The notes beneath the pieces were generated by a model. That model was not told the origin of the DNA. It saw only the letters and a program-made list of their open reading frames with translations, and did not search any database. This document shows, in pieces, positions 50,954-59,314 of a stretch of DNA of 64,000 bases; the stretch's first letter is position 1, and each line of letters begins with the position of its first letter. A program made the position numbers and the translations under genes. This DNA is from Bradyrhizobium sp. (GTDB lineage: Bacteria > Pseudomonadota > Alphaproteobacteria > Rhizobiales > Xanthobacteraceae), in contig JBKQRS010000288.1 in the NCBI GenBank assembly GCA_052143915.1, positions 405 to 64,404 of the forward strand. The letters are read 5' to 3'.

Positions 50954-51889
50954 CTATCCGACGTGCGGCGCGCTGGCCGAAAGATATGAAAGATTGGCGT
51001 GCCAGTGCTGGGCGATCTGCAGGCGCGTCGGCACCCAGACCCGCTCGTGACTCATGATGTAGTCGAGAAACCGCATCAGCGATGCGGCGCGGCCCGGGCG
51101 CCCGACGATCCGGCAGTGCAGGCCCACCGACATCATCTTGGGCGACGTTTCGCCTTCCGCGTAAAGCACGTCGAAACTGTCCTTGAGGTAGGTAAAGAAC
51201 TGGTCGCCGCCACCGAACCCCTGCGCATTGACGAAGCGCATGTCGTTGACGTCGAGGCTGTAGGGGATGATCAGATGCGGCCCGGCCGGCCCCTTGATCC
51301 AATAGGGCAGATCGTCGGCGTAGGAGTCGCAGGAATAGAGGAAACCGCCGGCCTCCATCACGAGCTTGACGGTGTTGATCGAGGTCCGCCCGGTGTACCA
51401 GCCGAGCGGGCGCTGCCCGGTCACCTCGGTGTGGACGCGGATCGCATCCGCGATCTCCACGCGTTCCTCCGCTTCGGACATGTCCTTGTGTTCGACCCAC
51501 TTCAGGCTGTGGCTGGCGATGTCCCAGCCGGCTTCCCTCATCGCCGCGACAATTTTCGGATTTCGTCTCAGGGCTGTCGCCACACCGAACACCGTCGTCG
51601 GCAATTCGCGTTCGGTAAATATCCGCCACAATCGCCAGAAGCCCGCGCGCGAGCCGTACTCGAACATCGATTCGATATTGGCGTGACGCTGTCCGGGCCA
51701 GGGTTGCGCACCCAGCACGTCCGAGAGGAACGCCTCCGAGGCGCGGTCACCGTGCAGAATGTTGTTTTCGCCGCCTTCCTCGAAATTCACGACGAACTGC
51801 ACTGCGATCCGCGCATTGCCGGGCCAGCGCGGATCGGGCGGATTGCGGCCGTAGCCATGGAGATCCCTCGGATATCCGGCCTCGGCCAT
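50954..51889 (-). CDS. puuE: Allantoinase PuuE (polysaccharide deacetylase fold)
   Basis: YPRDL.GYG, NFEEGGE, FEYGSRAG, GWYTGR, GLHCR. Confidence 0.9.
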   Translation of the reverse strand: MAEAGYPRDLHGYGRNPPDPRWPGNARIAVQFVVNFEEGGENNILHGDRASEAFLSDVLGAQPWPGQRHANIESMFEYGSRAGFWRLWRIFTERELPTTVFGVATALRRNPKIVAAMREAGWDIASHSLKWVEHKDMSEAEERVEIADAIRVHTEVTGQRPLGWYTGRTSINTVKLVMEAGGFLYSCDSYADDLPYWIKGPAGPHLIIPYSLDVNDMRFVNAQGFGGGDQFFTYLKDSFDVLYAEGETSPKMMSVGLHCRIVGRPGRAASLMRFLDYIMSHERVWVPTRLQIAQHWHANLSYLSASAPHVG

Positions 51890-52303
51890 CTAGACTTCCT
51901 CGAAGCGGACTTTCTGCGCGCCCTTCCAAAGCACGGTCTTGCCCAGCGCCGGCAGATTCTCAAGACCCGAGGTCAGCGTGATGAAATGATTGCCGGCGAG
52001 CTGGCCCACCTTGCTGGCGAAGTGCACGCCGCCATAGGCGAGCAGAATCTCGGTTTCGCTGATCCCGCCGGGATAGAGAATGATCTGGCCGGGCGCGGGA
52101 TAGCTGGTGTGATTTTCAAAGCTGACGCCAAAATCAAGATCACCGAGCGGCATCCAGACCCCCTCGCCGCTCCAGCGCACATGGATGGCCTGGCTCTCGA
52201 ACGGCATCGCCCGACGGAAGGCCGCGCAGGTCTTGGGCGCCAATTGTTCTTCGAAGCGGGCCTGGAAGGAGAAGTCGCCGGCGTGGACAATGAGTTGGCT
52301 CAT
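51890..52303 (-). CDS. DUF3830-type cyclophilin-like protein
   Basis: APKTC, HVRWSGE, ENHTSYPAPG, SETEIL.AYG, GQLAGNHF. Confidence 0.75.
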   Translation of the reverse strand: MSQLIVHAGDFSFQARFEEQLAPKTCAAFRRAMPFESQAIHVRWSGEGVWMPLGDLDFGVSFENHTSYPAPGQIILYPGGISETEILLAYGGVHFASKVGQLAGNHFITLTSGLENLPALGKTVLWKGAQKVRFEEV

Positions 52304-52358
52304 TCATGATACCTGTGATTGCATTGCAAGGATTGTTTGAAGGAATAGACGCGGCCAA

Positions 52359-52430
52359 ACTTGCCTCAAACTTGCGACTTGCCTCAAACTTGCCAAGGGT
52401 CAATTAGCCAAGAGTCAATTCGCCAAGAAC
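52359..52430. repeat. Two abutting short tandem direct repeats
   Basis: acttgcctcaaacttgc x2 (52359, 52377), then gccaag(g/a)gtcaatt(a/c) x2 plus a partial third. Confidence 0.8.
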
Positions 52431-52656
52431 AAGGAACATTCCAGCCGGCTGCCCAATTCTAGGGCCTTTTGCAGTGCTCGGCAAAGGCTGATTGGGGCAC
52501 CCGCTTCAGGGACGATCTGGCTTTTCGCTCCGAAATTCCGGACCTAGAGGCTCGGCGGCTTTCTTTCGCCTCGAAGCCAAGTTACGGCGATAGACATCCC
52601 CTGGCCGATCCGGTTCAATCGAGGTTGAACGGTGCCTGTCTCGCGAGAGAAAATCG

Positions 52657-52953
52657 ATGAAGAAGCTTGTATTTGCCATCCTGTTGATCTCATCACCCGC
52701 TTGGGCGCAAACCAAATTGACACCCAAGAGCGTCACCGCGCGCGTCGATAATTGTGCGCCAATCGGCCGTACGGCGGACGGCCAACTGGTCTATTCGATG
52801 AAGTGCGACAATCTTCCGGCGCCGCCGCCCCCGCCGCCACAGGCTGAAGCCGCACCACCGTCCGAGCCGGAGGTCCAGCGCAGCGGAATCTTCGGCATGT
52901 CCTTCTCGCGGTCTGGACCGTCTGGAACGCCAGCGGCCCCCGCTGGTCAGTGA
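52657..52953 (+). CDS. Small secreted Pro-rich hypothetical protein
   Basis: MKKL…AWA signal peptide, two Cys, poly-Pro; purine-rich RBS. Confidence 0.6.
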   Translation: MKKLVFAILLISSPAWAQTKLTPKSVTARVDNCAPIGRTADGQLVYSMKCDNLPAPPPPPPQAEAAPPSEPEVQRSGIFGMSFSRSGPSGTPAAPAGQ

Positions 52954-53380
52954 GCTCGCGTTCGACACCAACCGGTCGCCCGCCGCGAGCGGCTCTCGTC
53001 TTCAGGGCGGCATCGCAGGATAGTCCGGTCCGACCAGCGTCGTAGTCGACCCACAAATATTCTTGTCATGCGCGTTTGCGCAGGCACGCCGTTGACAAAC
53101 CTGACCAGGTTATGGTGAGGGCGCCGCCTGCAGCGGCCTCAGGCCGCCGAACCTATCAATGGCTGCATCGCAATGGCTGTCTTGAAAATGGCCGGCTCGG
53201 ACTGAGCAGGGGCACCCGGCCTGGCCAATTTTCTCGATTTTATCGTTCGATAAACTGGGATAGGGTTTCCGGCAAACGCCGGTCCCTTATCGGCCCGCAA
53301 AAGTGAAATCGGGCGATATCGACAGGCCCCGTCGCTACGGGTAGGGTCCGCAACCTAAAAAACGCTCCGGGGAGACGCTG

Positions 53381-53854
53381 TTGTTGGAGAAGTTCACCTT
53401 TAAGCGTGATTACTATGCCGGTGGCCTGATGCTTCTGCTCGGGGTGGGAGCCGCGGTGACCGGCTCCGGCTATAAATTCGGCAGCCTCGCCAGAATGGGC
53501 CCCGGCTTTATGCCGGTCGTGCTTGGTATCGTGCTGGCATTTCTAGGCCTCCTGATCGCGGGCACCGCCCTGGGATCATCCGAACCTGACGACAGGAAAT
53601 TTCTGCCGGCCAATCCGCAATGGTTCGGCTGGTTCTGCATTCTCGCCGGCCCCATCCTGTTCATCATCCTCGGGCATTACGGCGGCATGATCCCGGCGGT
53701 GTTCGCCTGCGTCTTTGTCTGCGCGCTGGGAGACAAGACAGCCACCTACAAATCGTCGCTCGTGCTGGCGAGCGGCGTCACTGTGTTCGGCGTGGTCCTG
53801 TTTCATTATCTGCTGAACATCCCGTTTCCGCTGCTGCGCGGGGTGTACCTGTGA
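53381..53854 (+). CDS. tctB: Tripartite tricarboxylate transporter TctB
   Basis: Four TM segments, MGPGFMP; coupled to tctA. Confidence 0.8.
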   Translation: MLEKFTFKRDYYAGGLMLLLGVGAAVTGSGYKFGSLARMGPGFMPVVLGIVLAFLGLLIAGTALGSSEPDDRKFLPANPQWFGWFCILAGPILFIILGHYGGMIPAVFACVFVCALGDKTATYKSSLVLASGVTVFGVVLFHYLLNIPFPLLRGVYL

Positions 53855-55410
53855 TCTCAACCGCGATTACCGATCTCTGGTACGGCTTTGGCGTTGCGCT
53901 CGAGCCGCACAACCTGATGTATTGTTTCCTCGGCGTGCTGGTCGGCAACCTGGTCGGCGTGTTGCCGGGCATGGGGCCGGTCGCGACGATTTCAATTCTG
54001 CTTCCGCTGACCTTCGGCATGCCTCCGGTGCCCGCGATCCTGATGCTGTCCGGCGTCTATTACGGCGCGCAGTACGGCGGCGCGATCTGCTCCATTCTCT
54101 TGAATCTACCGTGTCACCCGCCCCACGCCGTCACCTGTCTGGACGGCTTTCCGCTCACCAAGCAGGGCAAGGGCGGAACGGCGCTCGGCATCACCATCAT
54201 CGCCGCCTTCATCGGCGCGTCGTTCGGCATTACAGAGATGATTTTCCTGGCGCCATTCCTGGTCAAGATGGCGCTCGAATTCGGTCCGGCCGAAGTGTGC
54301 TCGCTGATGCTGGTGGGACTGCTGGCCGGATCGACGCTGGCCAAGGGCTCGCCGCTCAAGGGCATCGCGATGACGGTTCTTGGCCTCCTTGTCGGCATCG
54401 TCGGATCCGACATCGAGACCGGTCAGCCGCGCTTCACTTTCGGTATTACTGAATTGTTCGACGGCGTCGAGATCATCGCGCTGGCGCTCGGAATGTTCGG
54501 CATCGCCGAATTCATGAACAGCATCAACAATACCGAAACCGTCGACATGAAATACGCCAAGGTCGGAATCTCCGATATGTTTCCGTCGAAGGCCGACCTC
54601 AAACTGGCGTTCTGGCCGATGATCCGCGGCACCTTTCTCGGCAGCCTGTGCGCGCTGATCCCGGGAACCGGTCCGACCATCGCCTCCTTTGTGTCCTACG
54701 CCACCGAGAAGAAGATTTCGAAAACGCCGGAACGTTTCGGTCACGGCGCGATCGAGGGCGTTGCGTGCCCGGAAGCCTCCACGCACTCATCGGTGCAGGG
54801 CGATTTCATCCCGACCATGAGTCTGGGCATCCCCGGTGACACCGTGATGGCGCTGCTGTTGGGCGCGCTCATCATTCACGGAATCGTTCCCGGCCCGCAG
54901 CTGATCAGCCAGCACGCAGACATTTTCTGGGGCCTGATCGCGAGCTTCTGGATCGGCAATATCCTGCTGGTGATCCTCAACGTGCCGATGATCGGCCTTT
55001 GGGTGAAGCTCTTGAGCATTCCGTACCGCTACCTCTATCCGAGCGCGATGTTCTTCGTCTGCATCGGGGTCTATGCCGCCAACAATGACATGTTCCAGGT
55101 CGGCGAGACGCTGGTGATCGGCGTCGTGGGTTACATCCTGCTGCGTCTCGATTTCCACCCGGCGCCGATCCTGCTCGGCTTCGTGCTCGGGCCGCGTTTC
55201 GAGGAAAACTTCCGGCGCAGCCTGCTGATCTCCCGCGGCGACCTGATGACGTTCATCGAGCGCCCGATCAGCGCGTTCTTCCTCCTGATCTGCGTCGTGC
55301 TGATCGCCGCCCAGATCTATGTCTGGCTGCGCAAGCCGAAAGTCATCGAGGATGAGAAGGCGATCGAGGCGCAGGTACCGGCGACGCCTTATTCGGAGGT
55401 GGCGGGTTGA
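53851..55410 (+). CDS. tctA: Tripartite tricarboxylate transporter TctA
   Basis: GVLPGMGP, YYGAQYGG, LGIPGD; GTGA overlap. Confidence 0.9.
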   Translation: MISTAITDLWYGFGVALEPHNLMYCFLGVLVGNLVGVLPGMGPVATISILLPLTFGMPPVPAILMLSGVYYGAQYGGAICSILLNLPCHPPHAVTCLDGFPLTKQGKGGTALGITIIAAFIGASFGITEMIFLAPFLVKMALEFGPAEVCSLMLVGLLAGSTLAKGSPLKGIAMTVLGLLVGIVGSDIETGQPRFTFGITELFDGVEIIALALGMFGIAEFMNSINNTETVDMKYAKVGISDMFPSKADLKLAFWPMIRGTFLGSLCALIPGTGPTIASFVSYATEKKISKTPERFGHGAIEGVACPEASTHSSVQGDFIPTMSLGIPGDTVMALLLGALIIHGIVPGPQLISQHADIFWGLIASFWIGNILLVILNVPMIGLWVKLLSIPYRYLYPSAMFFVCIGVYAANNDMFQVGETLVIGVVGYILLRLDFHPAPILLGFVLGPRFEENFRRSLLISRGDLMTFIERPISAFFLLICVVLIAAQIYVWLRKPKVIEDEKAIEAQVPATPYSEVAG

Positions 55411-55479
55411 CGGCGGCTCGTCGGATCGGCGGCAGGACCTTGTCGGTAGCAGGTTGGCGATCCAAGCCGTCGCCAGCCG

Positions 55480-56901
55480 TTACGGGCCTCCGCCGGACAA
55501 CAGCTTGACGAGCCGATAAAGATATTCCTCGCCTTGATAGAACGAATTCACGGGAATCCGTTCGTCTCTCCCATGGATCCGGCTGCCGTTGATATCGATC
55601 GCGAGCCCGGAATGACCGTAGGTTGGAATGCCGGCATTCCTGAGGTAGTTGCCGTCGGTGGCACCCGGGCTCATGGTCGGAAGCACGATGGCGCCCGGCC
55701 AGAACTCCTGCGACAGTTTCTCGATCGATCCAATGATCTCTTCGTTCAGCGCTGACGGCAGACTAAAGACCGGCTGATCGACTTGCGTGATCGTGATCTG
55801 ATCGTCCGCGAGCACGCGAACCAGCGTCGCTTTGATTTCGTCAACGGCCTCCCCGGGCATGACCCGGCAATTGACGGTGGCGCTCGCCAGTTGCGGCAAT
55901 GCGTTGAACGCCTGCCCACCCTCCAGCATGGTTGCAACGCAGGTGGTGCGCAACAAGGCATTATAGAACGGATTGGCGCCAAGCCTGACGAACGGCGCTG
56001 CGGCAGGGTCGGGCCGTTCGTTCAGCACCGCGCGCATATCGGCCGCGGTCTGCCCACTCTCGAGTTGCGCCGAGCGCTCGAAATAGGCCCGCGTTGTCTC
56101 GTTAAGCTTCAGGGGAAAGTCGAATTTGGCGAGCCGCGCCAATCCCTCCGCCAAGTGATAGATCGCATTGTCCTTCATCGGCACGGCGCTGTGACCGCCA
56201 CGGTTTTTCACCTCGAGCCGATAGGTCAGCGAGAATTTCTCGCTGGTCTGGACGCTGTTCCTTGTCGCCTTGCCGTCCTTCAGTCCGACGCCGCCGCCCT
56301 CGTTCAGCGCGAACTCCGCATCGATCAGGTCGCGGTGGTTCTGGAGCAGCCACTGGATTCCCAGAGCGTCGCGGTCGAGGATTTCCTCGTCGGTCTCAAG
56401 CGCCAGGATGATATCGCGATCGGGCTTGTAGCCTTCCTGTTTGTAGCGGATGAGATTGGTGACGAAAGCCGCCGCCATGTATTTGTCGTCGCCGCTGCCG
56501 CGCGCGTAGAAATAGCCGTCCTTCTCGGTCAGCTTGAACGGATCGACCGACCAGTCCTCGGGATTGGCCGGCACGACGTCGAGATGCGCCACCAGGAGGA
56601 TCGGCTTGCGCGCACCGGTACCGCGCAGCCGGGCGACCAGATTGCCCTTGCGTGGCGCCGGCGAGAACGCGTGAACGTCGGCGTCCGCAAAGCCCGCGGC
56701 CCGCAGGCGCGCCGCCATCGCCTCGGCGGCCCGCGCGGTGTCGCCGGTCGCGGTCACGGTGTTGATCTCGATCAGCTCCTTATAGATGTCAAAGGCAAGC
56801 TGCTGTTGCGGGCTTAGCTCTTCGGCGGCGGCCGCAGGACGGGGCAGCGCTGCAAGGATCGAGGTGACCAGGAATGCGAACCAAAGGCCCTTCCACGACA
56901 T
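55480..56901 (-). CDS. Secreted M20/M25/M40 metallopeptidase/amidohydrolase
   Basis: Signal peptide, AHLDVV, RGSGDDK, DEE, NEGG, GGHS, HG.DER. Confidence 0.85.
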   Translation of the reverse strand: MSWKGLWFAFLVTSILAALPRPAAAAEELSPQQQLAFDIYKELIEINTVTATGDTARAAEAMAARLRAAGFADADVHAFSPAPRKGNLVARLRGTGARKPILLVAHLDVVPANPEDWSVDPFKLTEKDGYFYARGSGDDKYMAAAFVTNLIRYKQEGYKPDRDIILALETDEEILDRDALGIQWLLQNHRDLIDAEFALNEGGGVGLKDGKATRNSVQTSEKFSLTYRLEVKNRGGHSAVPMKDNAIYHLAEGLARLAKFDFPLKLNETTRAYFERSAQLESGQTAADMRAVLNERPDPAAAPFVRLGANPFYNALLRTTCVATMLEGGQAFNALPQLASATVNCRVMPGEAVDEIKATLVRVLADDQITITQVDQPVFSLPSALNEEIIGSIEKLSQEFWPGAIVLPTMSPGATDGNYLRNAGIPTYGHSGLAIDINGSRIHGRDERIPVNSFYQGEEYLYRLVKLLSGGGP

Positions 56902-57085
56902 GAGGCTTCCAGGCCCGATTGCTCCCAACATCCTGCTCTCCCAACATGCCGCTGACGCCGCGCGAATTCAGACAGCTAACCTGTGCGCTGGCAAGAGACC
57001 CGATAAGGCCCGGTTGCGGCTCAGCCATCCGATTTGGCATCGTTGCCAACGCCCGCCTTCGGCTACTCCATGCCGCGCCGGCTTT

Positions 57086-57541
57086 CTACCGGCGGGCGGC
57101 CCGAACATCCTCTGATGTTACCGCATCCCGGTAACGGTTGCCGAAATGCCTCCGCACATAATTCACAACGGCGGCCACCTGCTCGTCGCTCATCATCGCT
57201 CCGAATGGCGGCATTCCGCGCTGCCCATTGACCACGATGCTGATGGGATATCCGCTGGCTTCGAGGTTGCCGTTGGCGGCAAGCGATGGATAGGTTCCGG
57301 CGCCTGTCGCGCCCTTGCCGTCGGGCATGTGGCAGCCCCGGCAGACATTGGCGAACAGCTCTTCGCCGCTCTGCTCGACAAATCCAAAGCCCGCGCTCAG
57401 AGCGGGCCCAGACGCCGAAGGCCCGGTGCCTTGCGCGCATGCCGGAGGCGAGGCCAGCAAGCACGCCGCCGACATCGCCGCGGCGATGGCTGCGCTCAGG
57501 CCTGCAATTCCTTGCGTCATCGAATTGCGCCCGCTGCTCAT
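57086..57541 (-). CDS. Monoheme cytochrome c
   Basis: CRGCH, YPSLA, MPPF; overlaps the stop of the amine oxidase gene. Confidence 0.85.
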   Translation of the reverse strand: MSSGRNSMTQGIAGLSAAIAAAMSAACLLASPPACAQGTGPSASGPALSAGFGFVEQSGEELFANVCRGCHMPDGKGATGAGTYPSLAANGNLEASGYPISIVVNGQRGMPPFGAMMSDEQVAAVVNYVRRHFGNRYRDAVTSEDVRAARR

Positions 57542-59136
57542 TGTTTGACGACGCGATCATGCAACCGGGTGATGGCGTCCAGTGACGACAAAATGGCTCC
57601 CTCCTGCCATGCCGGAATGTAGGAGGCGTGCTCGCCCGCCAGAACGATCCTGCCGTCGATCTGGCAGAGGTTGTCGTAATGCTGCGCCCTCGTCTCGTCG
57701 GTCCAGTTGCCGGCGCAGCCCAGGGTGAACGGCACCCGATGCCACGCCACGGCAATGCCGTTCTCGTAGTCGGTCCGGTATTGAGGATGAATGCGGGCGC
57801 CGAGTTCGACCGCGCGCGCAACGCGCTCGGCCGGCGACATCGAGGTGAATTCGAAGGCATTGGGGCCGCCGAACAGATATGCGCCGAGAAGCACGCCCCT
57901 GCCGGAGACATTGAATCCGGAGTTTGGATAGGCGATTTGCCGAATTGGCAGGTCGGTGTAGCTGATGCCGCCGTAGATCGCCTCATCCTCCTCCCAGAAG
58001 CGGCGCTTGAACTGCAAGCCGATCTTGACGGACGGCGAATAGGGCACCGCATCGATGGCGGCTTTCATGCGGCCGCCGACGTCCACTGGAATCTGGCTCA
58101 GAATCGATAGCGGGATCGTGCAGACGCACCAGTCGGCCCTGGCGTGTTGGGGCGTCGCCGGCGCCTTGAGATCGGTATAGGTAACGGTGACACCGCGATC
58201 GTCCTGCTGGATCCGGATCACCTTCGCATCGTAGCGGATGAGGTCGCCGACCTCCCTGGCGAATGCCTTGCCGATCATGTCCATGCCACCGACCGGCTGA
58301 AACATCGTGGTCTGGAAGGTATGGAGCGCGAAATTCTGCAGATAGCGCCAGAGCCGTGATTTGAGGATCTCCGACAAATTGAGCGGCTCGCCCGGGACCG
58401 GCGCTGCACCAAGGCCACCACCCGGCTCTCTGGCGAAGCCCCGAAACTCACCGGAAATGAGGTTTGCCCTGTAGGCGTAATTGCTGTCGAGCGCGCCCCA
58501 ACTCCTCAGCGCCTGCATCAGGATCTCGCGGTCCTGTTTCGACACGGCTTCGTCAAGCTTGCCTTGCTGGGTTGCCTTGGCGAGCAATTCGGAAACCTGG
58601 CCCTGGAAATCTGTCTGGATGTCGCGAATGCGCTGTGGGACGCCCCCGAAGGCGCCCGCGGCGTGCAGGAACGCATTGTGATTGAGCTGGATGAACGGCT
58701 CCAGCGCGACGCCGAGGCGCTTGCAGTAGTCGAGAAGCGCCCGATGGTGGTAGGGAATCCGCCACGGCCCGGGATTGATATAGAGACCTTGTTCGAACTC
58801 GCAGGTCTGCCTGATGCCGCCGAGCTCGGTATACGAATCGCCGCCCCGCAGCGTCCAGTTGCGGCCCCCTGCCCGGCTGTTGAACTCCAGAATCCGAACC
58901 TGGTATCCCGCCTTGCGCAACTCCAGCGCCGCCGTCATGCCGGCAAGTCCGGCGCCGAGAATGAGGACGGAGGCGCCCTTCGGATCACCGTCGAGCTTGA
59001 CCGGACCCTTGTACCCGGAGTCGGACGCAAACCCGAGGCTGGTCATCGCATGGTACATCGCTGCGCTGCCTGACACCGCTCCGATCAGGGCGAGCAGGTC
59101 GCGCCGCGTAACGATTGCACGTTCGGTTTGCATCAT
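57538..59136 (-). CDS. Flavin monoamine oxidase / L-amino-acid oxidase family, Tat signal
   Basis: TRRDLL, GAGLAG, RAGGR, NPGPWRIP, AGEH…WQEGA. Confidence 0.9.
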   Translation of the reverse strand: MMQTERAIVTRRDLLALIGAVSGSAAMYHAMTSLGFASDSGYKGPVKLDGDPKGASVLILGAGLAGMTAALELRKAGYQVRILEFNSRAGGRNWTLRGGDSYTELGGIRQTCEFEQGLYINPGPWRIPYHHRALLDYCKRLGVALEPFIQLNHNAFLHAAGAFGGVPQRIRDIQTDFQGQVSELLAKATQQGKLDEAVSKQDREILMQALRSWGALDSNYAYRANLISGEFRGFAREPGGGLGAAPVPGEPLNLSEILKSRLWRYLQNFALHTFQTTMFQPVGGMDMIGKAFAREVGDLIRYDAKVIRIQQDDRGVTVTYTDLKAPATPQHARADWCVCTIPLSILSQIPVDVGGRMKAAIDAVPYSPSVKIGLQFKRRFWEEDEAIYGGISYTDLPIRQIAYPNSGFNVSGRGVLLGAYLFGGPNAFEFTSMSPAERVARAVELGARIHPQYRTDYENGIAVAWHRVPFTLGCAGNWTDETRAQHYDNLCQIDGRIVLAGEHASYIPAWQEGAILSSLDAITRLHDRVVKQ

Positions 59137-59314
59137 GCTCAATCCGTGATCGATATCGCGCATCGGGTCAGAGGCAGAGCGGAGACACTATTATATTGTA
59201 TGTCAAGGGCCGAGCTTTTATCGTTGGTCAGGATTTTTCGGTTGATCCATCGGGCTTGCTTGTTTTGATGACGTATCGGCATTCTCTGCCGCAGTATTTG
59301 AAAGCCAAAGAACA

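Noticed and set aside
50949-51629. Apparent 522-aa version of the UraD-UraH ORF
   Set aside because: The upstream part overlaps puuE in another frame; homology begins at MSQKAL (50948).
52359-52430. Possible mini-CRISPR
   Set aside because: Units are 15-18 bp, have no unique spacers, and there are no cas genes.
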